This document shows positions 30,314-41,004 of a DNA stretch of 64,000 bases, piece by piece. The stretch comes from a virus (lineage: Duplodnaviria > Caudoviricetes): the IMG/VR virus record IMGVR_UViG_2859564202_000001; one strand, written 5' to 3'. Below the pieces are notes generated by a model. The model saw only the letters and a list, made by a program, of their open reading frames with translations. It had not been told where the DNA came from and did no database searches. How positions within the stretch are numbered: the stretch's first letter is position 1; each line of letters starts with the position of its first letter. A program made the translations under genes and the position numbers.

Positions 30314-33300
30314 ATGTCCGCTCCAACCATCTACCCCGGCACCAAAACATCTATTGATCCGATCACCATGGATGACGCTCGCATCATCTTTTTCGATATT
30401 GAGTCGCTCCACAATATTTTCACGGTAGCAACCTACGATTCTCTGTCCCACCACGTCGATGTCTTTTACCTGCTCGATCACACAACCAGCCCTCAGATCA
30501 CGGTGCTGCCGCACTCAATGGATTATTTCGATCAAACGCGCAGCGATGCTGTTATGGCTGCCATCATTGAGCAAAACCCTGCGTTCGCAGAAATTAAAGG
30601 CTCACCCATTACAACCGCAGATGTAGCCCTCCACAATCTCGGTGACACCAACGCCAACCGACGCTGGCAGTCTAACGTGCTGCTTGCCCGGCTACTCGGG
30701 GGTATTAGTGTGCGCGGAGAGGTACCTGAGCACCAGAGCCACAACCATCTCGCCAAGCAGTTTGCCGAGGCAACCTTGGTCACCAGGGACTTCGATGTGA
30801 ATTATGATCCAACAAGCGCTCACCCTTTTACTGCTGGCTTCAACTCGATCAACTATGACACCACCTTGCTCAGCCTGTACTTCGCAATGTTGACCTCAAA
30901 TATCGGAAGTACACCGACGTATTTCCCGGTGATCACCGCACAGGAACTTCGTGCGCATAACGACAAGCTCTTTAGCCCTGAGTTCATCAAAAACATGCCA
31001 AAGTATCTCTGGGATCGCGACAGCGGTGCTGGACTCAGAGCTGCATCGGGTTTCCGCAACGCCATGCTCAAATCGGGTCGCCACATTGATATTCAACGCC
31101 TCAATGAAAAACAGCTCTTTGTTGGACTCAAGCGCCTGCTTGGTCTCCTCGGTCACCAGATTCTCGAATCTGATCGTCTCTCTGGTGATGATGCCCATGT
31201 TGATACTAACGAGGATGTACTTGATCTCATTGCCTACAACGTCTCAGACGTGGTGGGCACCAGACTGCTCGCTGAGGACCCGGTGTACTCCGGCTCTTTC
31301 GATCTGCGGGCAGGTCTACTGAGCACCTACCCAGAGACTGTTTTTGATCATGATGGTACTTTCCGTCAGCCATCCACGCAGATGCGTAAAGATCGCCTAA
31401 CGATTAATACCTCATCAGCTCAGTTCGCAGCGCGTATTTTGGCGCCATATCGCCCACTCCGCGATGTCCCTGATGCGATTGGCGACATGCCGGTGGTGTC
31501 TTACTTGTACCCGGATGCAGCAGTCGCCGAAGCAACAGGTCAAAAACAAGTCAACGTGCTTGATGAGTCAAAGAAGTTCTTCTATGACAACATCACCGAC
31601 CCGGAAGCACGTGCTGCCTTTGATGAGGTCTTTGCTTTTTACGCTGATATTGAGGGTCGCAACTTCAACAGTCACAATGAGGCTATTGATACCCAGATTA
31701 ACCAATTACGTGCTTATCTCAACCAGGTTGTCGCATTCGATGCAGCTGGGTATGCGCTCTATGATGTACGTACACGTTTTGAGCAGATCTTCCCCAAGGA
31801 TCGCAGCTACATCAACGATGCTACGGATATGACCCCTCGCGCAGTATCGAGCTTTGACGATCTGGTTGCACTCTGTGATGATATTCGCGGTGTACTTGAT
31901 CGAGGTTTAGAGATCTCATCTCCGAATCATCATGAGATGGTGGATGCTATGCGCAAGCAGCTGCACTATATTCAGGCATTTTACCGTGCCTGGGGACCCA
32001 TTCAACGCCGCTTCAATGACGCTGACCCAGCGGTGACCCATCCGCATCTCACAGTGATCTACCCACCGCTCACCCCTGCATCCGCAGAGAAATTCAACAA
32101 GATCACCTCAGTCGCTGCTGTGAGCAAGCGCCCAACCACCCTGCCGTATTTCCGTGCAGATGGTTCACCTACTCGTGGCTTTGCTAACTTCTCCACAGGA
32201 GGTATTCACGGTGCGGAATACAACGAAGATCGTTTTGACCATGATCAAGATCTACACACAGTGGCAACCCGTGAATTCTTCGCCATTCTTGATGCGACAT
32301 TAGCGGCTCTCTACGCAGCCCACCAAGCCGAACCTGAATCGGCGGACTACCAGATTGCACAAGACGCACTCGCCTGGGCAAAGAATGTACTTAGCGATCA
32401 AAAACTCATCGCTAAGTCGCCTCAGTTATACAACCCCGAAACCGGGGTCACCTATGAGTGGGAGTTTGTCGCTCAAGCAGCATGGTGGATTCGCAACAAA
32501 CCGGTTGAGGTTATTTTACCAACAGGTGAATCAATGACCGTAAAACACAAATCTGTATTGGCATCTGCGTCCTACCCACTCCGAGACAACGTGGCGTACT
32601 GGCGTAGCGAACCCAAAACACCACAGCTGTTTCCCGTAGCAAAATCTGGTGGTTCCTCGCTTGAGAAGAAGTACAACTACACCTCTGTGGGTACTGCTAT
32701 TCACGAGGACTTTAGCAGTTACTATCCGCTCTTGCTCACCAATATGGCTGCATTTACCAATGCTGACTTAGGTATTGATGAGAAAACCGGGCGCCCTCGT
32801 GACCGCTACCGTGAAATCTACGAACAAAAAGAGATCTATGGCGCACAGCGCAAAGACCCCTCCATTGATGAAGAAACAAAGCAACGTCTAGGGATTTTGC
32901 GCGAAGGTACCAAGTTGATTCTTAACTCGGCCACCGGTGCTGCTGATGCTGGTCACGACACCCCGATCCTCATGAACAATCGCGTTATTGCCATGAGGAT
33001 TATTGGGCAGCTATTTTCTTGGAGAATTGGGCAAGCTCAATCACTGGCTGGTGCAACGATTATTTCCACTAACACTGATGGCCTGTATTCCGTACTCGAT
33101 ATGGGGACTAACCAGCGCGTTCTTGATGAACACGCTACAGCCATCGGTGTGCAAATTGAGCCTGAAGAACTGGATATTGTCTCCAAGGATTCCAACTCAC
33201 GTGCCGAATTTCTCGGCAATGGCTACATCAATGCGGCCGGTGACTTGGCGTGTTGGGATGGACCCAACTCTCGGAACTCACTAGATCACCCGGCCTTTGT

Positions 33301-34105
33301 TGACCATGTGCTGGTGAAGTATTTCCAGCTCGTCGTCAACAACACTGTGCCAGAGATTCCAGAAACACCTGAGCTTGAGGGTGTACCGCTGGCTCTTGAT
33401 CAACCCATGAACCGCCACGAAGTCTCGAAGATTGTCGCCACTATGCACAAGGAATTCGAGCCGAAAAAGCTGCTGTCGTTTTACCAAAACATTTTGGCCT
33501 CTTCACGCGGTTCTAATACCTTCCTATTCTCTGTCCCCTATATCCCTGCAACAGAAGGAGAAGAAACCCACCCTGCAACAGATACCAGCACTATTGCGAC
33601 ACCAACCTTGAGCTTTGATGCTTATGGTAATAAGGCCGAGGTCATGCCGACTCAATCCACTGTGGATAAGCGCGTGCCCTCTTTGCTGCAGTATTACACG
33701 CGTACATTCCATGTGCGACAAGATACGCAGCAGGCTGTCTTTGATGTTATTGGCGCCAACCCCGTGCTCATCGCCGCAGCAAAAGCTGCATCCATATCAC
33801 CGGCTTCTGCTGATTCACGTAGAAAGAAGGGCCTGGCCTCCACCAACGCTGACCCAGTAGCCAAGCATGTACTAGAAATTGCAGGAGCTGATGTGGAATC
33901 GCTGCGCCATGAAAAGGATCTCAAGGTCACCAAGCACACTGGCCAAGACCCAGCACTGCCTGTCGTGGTCTTTAACCAAACCATTTGGCATAACCCCAAC
34001 GACGATGTGATTAATGCATTACTGGGCGCTATTGACCAGGATGCCTACATTGACATGGCGATCTCGTCCTACAACAAGTCCTGGCACAACATTATCCCGG
34101 CTTAA
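30314..34105 (+). CDS. Family B DNA polymerase with 3'-5' exonuclease
   Basis: ExoI FFDIES, ExoII GFNSINYD, ExoIII YNVSDV, GGIHG, motif A DFSSYYP, motif B KLILNSATG, motif C NTDG. Confidence 0.85.
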   Translation: MSAPTIYPGTKTSIDPITMDDARIIFFDIESLHNIFTVATYDSLSHHVDVFYLLDHTTSPQITVLPHSMDYFDQTRSDAVMAAIIEQNPAFAEIKGSPITTADVALHNLGDTNANRRWQSNVLLARLLGGISVRGEVPEHQSHNHLAKQFAEATLVTRDFDVNYDPTSAHPFTAGFNSINYDTTLLSLYFAMLTSNIGSTPTYFPVITAQELRAHNDKLFSPEFIKNMPKYLWDRDSGAGLRAASGFRNAMLKSGRHIDIQRLNEKQLFVGLKRLLGLLGHQILESDRLSGDDAHVDTNEDVLDLIAYNVSDVVGTRLLAEDPVYSGSFDLRAGLLSTYPETVFDHDGTFRQPSTQMRKDRLTINTSSAQFAARILAPYRPLRDVPDAIGDMPVVSYLYPDAAVAEATGQKQVNVLDESKKFFYDNITDPEARAAFDEVFAFYADIEGRNFNSHNEAIDTQINQLRAYLNQVVAFDAAGYALYDVRTRFEQIFPKDRSYINDATDMTPRAVSSFDDLVALCDDIRGVLDRGLEISSPNHHEMVDAMRKQLHYIQAFYRAWGPIQRRFNDADPAVTHPHLTVIYPPLTPASAEKFNKITSVAAVSKRPTTLPYFRADGSPTRGFANFSTGGIHGAEYNEDRFDHDQDLHTVATREFFAILDATLAALYAAHQAEPESADYQIAQDALAWAKNVLSDQKLIAKSPQLYNPETGVTYEWEFVAQAAWWIRNKPVEVILPTGESMTVKHKSVLASASYPLRDNVAYWRSEPKTPQLFPVAKSGGSSLEKKYNYTSVGTAIHEDFSSYYPLLLTNMAAFTNADLGIDEKTGRPRDRYREIYEQKEIYGAQRKDPSIDEETKQRLGILREGTKLILNSATGAADAGHDTPILMNNRVIAMRIIGQLFSWRIGQAQSLAGATIISTNTDGLYSVLDMGTNQRVLDEHATAIGVQIEPEELDIVSKDSNSRAEFLGNGYINAAGDLACWDGPNSRNSLDHPAFVDHVLVKYFQLVVNNTVPEIPETPELEGVPLALDQPMNRHEVSKIVATMHKEFEPKKLLSFYQNILASSRGSNTFLFSVPYIPATEGEETHPATDTSTIATPTLSFDAYGNKAEVMPTQSTVDKRVPSLLQYYTRTFHVRQDTQQAVFDVIGANPVLIAAAKAASISPASADSRRKKGLASTNADPVAKHVLEIAGADVESLRHEKDLKVTKHTGQDPALPVVVFNQTIWHNPNDDVINALLGAIDQDAYIDMAISSYNKSWHNIIPA

Positions 34106-34199
34106 CTACCGCTGGGTAGACCCCTTGATGACCTAAAAGACCTGGTAAAGCTGGTAAAATTCAGTACTACCAACGCTTTTACATCAAGGGGTTTTTGTC

Positions 34200-34649
34200 A
34201 TGTCTACCACCACGTCCACCACCACAAAACACGCACCTGTTCGACCTTTAGAGACAGTCATCGAACAAGCCTTACAGGATGCTTGTGCAGTACACAACAT
34301 CATGTACTTAAAGTTCACCTCAAGTGTCACCGGCGTGCCTGATCGCATCCTGCAGGGTATTAACGCAGCAGGACAACCATTAACCGTCTATGTGGAACTC
34401 AAGCGTCCAGGAACACACCCGCGTACTCGCCAAAAGGAGGTCATGAACAGACTTATAAATCATGGCGCATTAGTGTTCGTCGTCGATGCGAGAGACATCG
34501 ACGTAACTCATTTCCGACACAACTATCACACTGTGGAATCACTCTTAGAGCTCACGTTTCTCAGCACTAAGATACCTGTTCCCGAGCGCTTTGACCTGTT
34601 TAATTCAAACACAAAAGCGAACACATATAGCGCTGTTCCAGCACTATAA
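34200..34649 (+). CDS. VRR-NUC (PD-(D/E)xK) nuclease
   Basis: E..IE, KF, GVPDRI, VELKRPG, Q motif. Confidence 0.85.
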   Translation: MSTTTSTTTKHAPVRPLETVIEQALQDACAVHNIMYLKFTSSVTGVPDRILQGINAAGQPLTVYVELKRPGTHPRTRQKEVMNRLINHGALVFVVDARDIDVTHFRHNYHTVESLLELTFLSTKIPVPERFDLFNSNTKANTYSAVPAL

Positions 34650-34885
34650 ATTGACATTTTTTACACAGATTTTTACATCAACAACCACCTACGAGCAGGT
34701 TTAATAGCCTCTCATGGGTGGTTGTCTTAATTAAGGGTGTTGCGTGAAACACGCAACCGGAGAGGAGGGTGAAGTGTGGGGTTCCTTGCGGGCGTATGTC
34801 CGGGGTGCTTGCTATGCTTCAAACGATTTCATTCAAGAAACTTAATTTATTAACAACTCTTAAAAGAAAAGGAGAGCTGGTCATC

Positions 34886-35305
34886 ATGATCACTCGTCAC
34901 GATGTTCCCTACATCATCGCTCCGCCTGTCTACGCGATCTTTGCGAGCCTGATGACCACGCCACCATGGTTTTATCGAACCACCTACACCATTGACGGTT
35001 TCGATTTTAAGATCAGCTGGGTCTACACCATCACCATCTACATCAGCCTCATGATCCTCATTATCGGGTTCTACCAAGCCAATATGCGCAAAGCGTGCCC
35101 TTATGAGGAAGATCCTTTGGTCGATATTTGGCACAAGGTGTGGAGCACTGCACTCTTTATCCTACCTATCGTTTTATCCATCGCGGTGTACTCACTGATC
35201 ACACAGCGCGGGTTTGACTGGTATGTCATGGTGTTTATTCTCCCTGTAGGCTTGATGATCGCTTATGGATTCTTCAAGCCCTGTGATTGCGACAAACACC
35301 GTTAA
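34886..35305 (+). CDS. Four-TM membrane protein
   Basis: Four hydrophobic segments; AAGGAG RBS. Confidence 0.75.
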   Translation: MITRHDVPYIIAPPVYAIFASLMTTPPWFYRTTYTIDGFDFKISWVYTITIYISLMILIIGFYQANMRKACPYEEDPLVDIWHKVWSTALFILPIVLSIAVYSLITQRGFDWYVMVFILPVGLMIAYGFFKPCDCDKHR

Positions 35306-35482
35306 GGTATACTTGTCCAAGACTTTCCCCACCGGCAGCCCAATAAGGGCTGCGCCTAACTTAAAACACGACACATAGAACCCCTCCCCGGCCACACGCC
35401 CCAGAGGGGTTCTTTTTCATCCTTTTTAAAATATACTTATATGTATTAATCCCCTCTTTGTGCAGCATAGGAGACTACTGCT

Positions 35483-37324
35483 ATGACCTCAACAACCCAA
35501 CCTGGCACAACACCTGAGCTCAGCGCAGACACTCATTCTGAGCCCTGGGATGTCGTCATCGAAAACACCCTTGAACCTTTTCAAAAAGTCGTTCGTCAAT
35601 TTATTATTGACCGCCCCTATTCCGGCATTTTCCTCACCATGGGTGGCGGCAAAACACTCACTACCCTCTCCGCATTGACCTATATCCAGCCACCTGGACA
35701 CATTCTGGTTGTCGCGCCTCTAAATATCTCTCGACTCACCTGGCCCGAAGAGGTTCGCAAGTGGAATATCCCTGTTAACGCAATCTCGCTGATCACCAAT
35801 GAGCGCGGCACCAAACTCACCCGCGCCAAACGCCTCAAACTCTATGAGGAAACAGCGACCACACCACCAACGCTGTATTACATCACCATTAATCTGCTCG
35901 AAGATATTGTCAATTACTTTGGTGATAGGTGGCCGTTTTGGACAGTCATTATTGATGAGTCACAGACAATCTCTGATATATCCTCCAAGCGCACTAGAGC
36001 GCTCTTTTCTGTGCGACCCTATATCGGCAGACTAATTCTGCTCACCGGAACCCCCAGCGCCAACAAGTTCGACTCCATTTACGCCCAAGTCGCAGTGCTA
36101 GATTATGGTGCCAGCCTGGGTGACAACATCGACGTATTCCGAGCCAGATGGTGTGCGCCCGACATTATTACCGATAAACAAGTGCGTCGCTGGAAGCCGG
36201 CTAACAAGCAGGCTGAAGCAGAGGTGTACCGCACTATTAGCCACCTGGTCATGTCTGCCGTCAACACGGATATTAAGCTGCCACCGCTGCATTTTGTTGA
36301 TCACGAGGTACACATGAGCGACGATGAGCACCGCGACTACGAGCTCTTCAAAAAGGACGCGGTGCTTGCTGCATTGCTCGATATGGCTGAAGAGAATGAG
36401 GGTGGCGAAGGCGCTGATGACACTGACGCTGCTGATTCAGCGACAACGACCCCACCTGCGTCATCACAGCCAACAAACCCTGCCATCCCCGCTGGACTGC
36501 TTCAGGCAATACAACAAACCCAGGACACCAATGGTCGCGCCATCGCGCCTGTGACCACAGCTGAACTTGATCATTTTGATGATCTGCCAGTACAGCGCCA
36601 AGAAGATCTTGGCACCTTAGTTGTTATCTCTGCTGTTCACGCAGCGACTCTGCGCATGAAACTGCTGCAATACGCAGGTGGTGCTGTCTATGTCGATCCA
36701 GAAGATTCTGCGCAGTCCCAAGACCTGGATGCCAGCACTGCACGTGATGTTATCGACGCTACCAACACCGCCATGACCACTATTACCTCTCGCCCCACCA
36801 TGATTGTGCACCTGCACAAGGTGCGAAAAGTCATTGAGATTTTATGCAACCCTGCACTCGGCGGTGAACCTGTCAATATCGACCAGGACGAGACCGGAAA
36901 ACAGGTGTACACACCCACCCCAACGCTTGTCGCCTATCGCTTTATCTCTGACAAAGAAATCCTGCTTCATTACCTGGCGCAGGCGGGTGTGCAGGGTGTG
37001 GAGGTTTTTGACGGGTCGCCTGACATGCTGAGCCGTTGGAATGCGGGACGCATTCCGGTCTTACTTTTGCAGCCTGCGTCTGCTGGTCACGGCTTGAATT
37101 TCCAGCACGGCGGGCATCGCTTGGTGTGGTACAACCTGCCCGATAATAACGAGCATTATATGCAAGCGAATGCTCGTCTACATCGCATTGGTCAAAAGAA
37201 TCCCGTGACCATTCACCGCATTATTACCGCTGATACTTATGATGCGAATATGCCGGCGATTCTGGCCGGTAAAGCAAATAGACAGCAACGTCTCATCGAC
37301 GCCGTGCGCCGTGATCCAGTCTAA
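35483..37324 (+). CDS. SNF2-type SF2 helicase
   Basis: MGGGKT, IIDESQ, LTGTP, GHGLNFQ, QANARLHRIGQ. Confidence 0.9.
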   Translation: MTSTTQPGTTPELSADTHSEPWDVVIENTLEPFQKVVRQFIIDRPYSGIFLTMGGGKTLTTLSALTYIQPPGHILVVAPLNISRLTWPEEVRKWNIPVNAISLITNERGTKLTRAKRLKLYEETATTPPTLYYITINLLEDIVNYFGDRWPFWTVIIDESQTISDISSKRTRALFSVRPYIGRLILLTGTPSANKFDSIYAQVAVLDYGASLGDNIDVFRARWCAPDIITDKQVRRWKPANKQAEAEVYRTISHLVMSAVNTDIKLPPLHFVDHEVHMSDDEHRDYELFKKDAVLAALLDMAEENEGGEGADDTDAADSATTTPPASSQPTNPAIPAGLLQAIQQTQDTNGRAIAPVTTAELDHFDDLPVQRQEDLGTLVVISAVHAATLRMKLLQYAGGAVYVDPEDSAQSQDLDASTARDVIDATNTAMTTITSRPTMIVHLHKVRKVIEILCNPALGGEPVNIDQDETGKQVYTPTPTLVAYRFISDKEILLHYLAQAGVQGVEVFDGSPDMLSRWNAGRIPVLLLQPASAGHGLNFQHGGHRLVWYNLPDNNEHYMQANARLHRIGQKNPVTIHRIITADTYDANMPAILAGKANRQQRLIDAVRRDPV

Positions 37325-37447
37325 GACCGGCACGATCGCACCGTTATAGCTAATCAGCACCACCTACAACACCACAAACACACCCCAATCAGCATGATCG
37401 TGCCGGTTGGGGTGTGTCTTATCCCCTAAGAAAGTGACACCTTTACC

Positions 37448-37825
37448 ATGTCAGACCACGACGCCCCACAAACACCGATCCCCAAGGGGTTTTGGCAGCA
37501 GATCGACCACCAACTCGATCGCCTCGGCACGCAGCGCCCAGAGACCTTCGCAGCACTGCGTGACATTTTGCTTGATCCTGCCTACACCGCCATTGTTCAT
37601 GACCGTAATCGCTACGGCGTTGTCACCTTTGACACCAACTCAGCCTTCTTCTCAGGCTCTGGCGGAGACAACGGCTTAGCCGACGTACTCATTAACTGTG
37701 ATTGGCGCATGACTGACTACCGCGCCGAGTACTACTACGTCATGACACATAAATACACCAAGGAATCGTTTACCTATATCGAGGGCGACGTGAAACGCGG
37801 CGACCTCATCCCGCCTAATAATTAA
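37448..37825 (+). CDS. Hypothetical protein
   Basis: 125-aa ORF with element-typical codon usage. Confidence 0.7.
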   Translation: MSDHDAPQTPIPKGFWQQIDHQLDRLGTQRPETFAALRDILLDPAYTAIVHDRNRYGVVTFDTNSAFFSGSGGDNGLADVLINCDWRMTDYRAEYYYVMTHKYTKESFTYIEGDVKRGDLIPPNN

Positions 37826-37836
37826 GGACAACCGCC

Positions 37837-38175
37837 ATGACTCAGATCGCCATGTATCTCGCAGGACCCATGACAGGTATCCCTGAATACAACTACCCCA
37901 CCTTCCATGCAGCGGCTAATAAGTTCCGTGCAGCTGGCTACACCGTACTCTCCCCCGCTGAAGACGAATATGAATCCCAGCTCACTGCACCATTGCCTGA
38001 GAACGCTGAGCACAAATACGACCACTACTTGCGTCTCGGTATCGAAAAGCTGCTCAAGGCTGATGCTGTCCACATGCTTCAGGGATGGCAGAGTAGCGCC
38101 GGTGCCACTCTTGAGCACGATATTGCACAGAAATTGAGGCTTGCCATTACCTATGAAGAACCACCAGCATCCTAA
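37837..38175 (+). CDS. DUF4406-like protein (nucleoside 2-deoxyribosyltransferase fold)
   Basis: YLAGPMTGIPEYNYPTF..VLSPA..ADAVHMLQGWQSSAGATLEH. Confidence 0.8.
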   Translation: MTQIAMYLAGPMTGIPEYNYPTFHAAANKFRAAGYTVLSPAEDEYESQLTAPLPENAEHKYDHYLRLGIEKLLKADAVHMLQGWQSSAGATLEHDIAQKLRLAITYEEPPAS

Positions 38176-38294
38176 GGCGCCTCCGGCATAGCGTAAACCC
38201 CCACTGAGCAACAATCTCAGCGGGGGCGATCATGAATTAATGTGCTGTCTCGATATTTACCTCTAGTGCCGTTCAACAATTCTCCACAGGGCTC

Positions 38295-38645
38295 TTATTC
38301 GAAAGGAATGCCTTCTTTTTCGCAGTACTCTTTGTACGCGTCGATGATTTCCTGTGGCACGATACCACGTTGACCAACGGCCATGTCATTGTCAATAGCC
38401 CACAAACGCGCCTTACGGTGCAGCTCTGCATCTACAGATCCACGACGGATCTGGCGTGCAGATTCCTCACGACCAATCTTGATGACTTCTTTGAGCGTGA
38501 TCATATCGAGCTCAGTATCAATGTCGTCACCATTAAGGTCCACTACATACTGTTTACCCTCGTAGACCACGCCTACAGAGACGACATTGGTGATGCGCTC
38601 ATGTGAGACATCAGATGTGTATTCGACCGACTGAATAATGGCCAT
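38295..38645 (-). CDS. cgpS: Lsr2-like xenogeneic silencer CgpS
   Basis: Lsr2 N-domain (YTSDVS..YEGKQYVVDL) and C-domain (RLWAIDNDMAVGQRGIVPQEIIDAY) with RGI AT-hook-like motif. Confidence 0.9.
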   Translation of the reverse strand: MAIIQSVEYTSDVSHERITNVVSVGVVYEGKQYVVDLNGDDIDTELDMITLKEVIKIGREESARQIRRGSVDAELHRKARLWAIDNDMAVGQRGIVPQEIIDAYKEYCEKEGIPFE

Positions 38646-39279
38646 GTCCATAGTCCTAACCAATCATGTAATAAATGTAATAACTTAGTGTCACATAATA
38701 CTACATAATTTATTGTGTTTAGGTTATGTCAAAGTTATTGACATACTTTCTTAAAGCTCGTGATTGAACATCTAGCTAGATAAAAAACTTCTTTCATCAA
38801 GCCTTTTCTTCACTAGTTGCTCTTATTCTCCATTAAATCACTAAATTACCTAATAATGCAATCTAATCGACTCTTATTGGTCAATTAAGTGTCAATTAAA
38901 GGAATTTTCTTAGGCTTAATGAAAAGTACTGTCGCATATCTACTTTTAACTACGACACCAATACCTACAGCGAAACTGTTTAATAACCTAAATAACGACA
39001 CCACTTCGACAAAAACAATAATAAAGTCATGTCATTTTTTAGTCGCAGCGTGCGCACACCATAGTGGGACCTGGTAGGGCTCCCACGTCTACGCTCAAAC
39101 GCGCGCAAGTACGCTCACGCACACTGTAGCTACACAGACGACCAGTTAAAGCACAGTCAATCCGCGGATACCACCAGCATAGGCACACGCCGGCAGTGAT
39201 GCACCGCACTTGAGAAAAATAAATCATCTCAAGAAACAAACTAATACGTTATTATTGTAATTTAATTAGAGAAAAGAAA

Positions 39280-39900
39280 GTGACTTTTAAAGTGCTTATT
39301 CGCATCGCCGAGCATCAAGGCCGGCTCCATGTCCATAGCCCCTACTCAAAGGCTTTTGCCGCCCGCGCTCGAAAGCTCAACGGTCTCTGGTCACCCGAAA
39401 CGAAGACCTGGCATTTCAGCCCCGATAAAGAACAACCGGTGAGACGCGCACTCAAGGATGTCTACGGCTGGGATGAATTCACCACACCCGAGCTATGCAC
39501 GGTGCAGCTCACTGTGACCCCAGAGGCAGTGCTCAACAAACACACACTCACCATCGCTGGTGTTACACTTCTGAGCCGTTTACGCAGAAATTACTCGGTG
39601 TGGTTGGGTGATAATGTCCGCATCATCAGTGGCAATTTCCCAGAAGCAGCAGGATCACCCCAGTACCCCCTCATCATGGGTGTGAAGGCTCAACCCGTTG
39701 TTATCCATGTGCAGGAATTCCCTGTAGATGCTGTTTCGACTATTCCCCCGCGATTTAATCCTATTGTTATCACTGCACCGCCGAGCATTGATATTGCTGC
39801 TCTTCGAGCTGAACGCGAACAGCTCACCCGACGCATCAGCGAAATTGACAAGAAAATCGCACGTGCTGTGCATCCAACCATTCAGACTGAGGCTGCCTAA
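39280..39900 (+). CDS. Hypothetical protein
   Basis: SPYSKAFAARARKLNGLWSPETKTWHF N-terminal motif of phage/ICE-type proteins; C-terminal coiled coil. Confidence 0.7.
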   Translation: MTFKVLIRIAEHQGRLHVHSPYSKAFAARARKLNGLWSPETKTWHFSPDKEQPVRRALKDVYGWDEFTTPELCTVQLTVTPEAVLNKHTLTIAGVTLLSRLRRNYSVWLGDNVRIISGNFPEAAGSPQYPLIMGVKAQPVVIHVQEFPVDAVSTIPPRFNPIVITAPPSIDIAALRAEREQLTRRISEIDKKIARAVHPTIQTEAA

Positions 39901-39902
39901 TA

Positions 39903-40442
39903 ATGATGCAGACTCTCAAGCGGAAAATTCCGCTCATCTCATGCAATGACCTCAAAGAAGTGCAGTTACTTTTTCTTAAAGGTCAGATGCACACAGTCGG
40001 CTACAAGCTAGATACCGATCTTCGCAAGCTCACTAATACCGATGTGCTTGATCTTATTAACGCGCTCTTCGGCACCACTGTGACCAGCGCAGATGACGAA
40101 GCAGCAGATTTCATTGACTCTGATCCTCAGTTTGCAGTGCTCGTTGAGCTGGCCTACCACGACTGTGCACGCCGCGCTGCCATGGGTCTATCCAGGGTAC
40201 AGCAGCTCATCTATGACAATGCGGCTAAATCAACCTACTACCGCAGCGTCGCAGCTAGACATCGCAAACACATCCGTGAACTCCACGAGCAAACACAGCG
40301 AGATGGTATTCACTTCGACAACCCGTTGTCTCGTGCAGTCATCAACGATCTCAGCATGTCCATGAACCGTGCTCGACTAAACCGCATCGCTTCATGGAAA
40401 TCAGCCGGCGTACAGCGCTATCTCAACCCCACTATCTCTTAG
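39903..40442 (+). CDS. Hypothetical protein
   Basis: Tightly coupled ORF in the operon. Confidence 0.7.
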   Translation: MMQTLKRKIPLISCNDLKEVQLLFLKGQMHTVGYKLDTDLRKLTNTDVLDLINALFGTTVTSADDEAADFIDSDPQFAVLVELAYHDCARRAAMGLSRVQQLIYDNAAKSTYYRSVAARHRKHIRELHEQTQRDGIHFDNPLSRAVINDLSMSMNRARLNRIASWKSAGVQRYLNPTIS

Positions 40443-40473
40443 AACCACACACAACCAAGAAAGCAGTCACTAC

Positions 40474-41004
40474 ATGACCACCTCATCACCCCTTAAGTCC
40501 AAAAATTCCCTTAACGGCGCGCAGACCACATTTGTCCGCAATTGTGTTGCAGACGGCCCAACCGAGGTAAAAGCCACCATTGATGCACGTGGCGGTATCG
40601 AACAGCTCCGTGACAATGAGATTTCACAGCTCCCCGACAAGCTGTGGTTCAATAGCGCAACCTCCGCATCCAATGACGAGTTCACCACCGATAACATCCG
40701 ACTTGGGTTGCTCTACAACATGGCACTGAATAAGGCATCGGCTCATCGCTATGAGCTTGCTGCCCGCTGGTACGCCATTGTTAGCCCTCAGCCATCGCAA
40801 GAAGCTAGCCACAAGCGCATCGCGTCCTGGCACCTTACCCAGCTGCACGCACTGGTGACCCTATCTCGCACCCTAGGGGTCATCATTCCTGGTGATGAGA
40901 TCGACGCTCTAGCGCAGTCTATGGAGAATGCTCGTCAAGTTGGCACCGAGAATTGGTCCACTGTCACCATGCGCACCTACGTGACCAACCGCAAGGCATC
41001 CTAA
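40474..41004 (+). CDS. Hypothetical protein
   Basis: 176-aa ORF in the operon. Confidence 0.7.
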   Translation: MTTSSPLKSKNSLNGAQTTFVRNCVADGPTEVKATIDARGGIEQLRDNEISQLPDKLWFNSATSASNDEFTTDNIRLGLLYNMALNKASAHRYELAARWYAIVSPQPSQEASHKRIASWHLTQLHALVTLSRTLGVIIPGDEIDALAQSMENARQVGTENWSTVTMRTYVTNRKAS

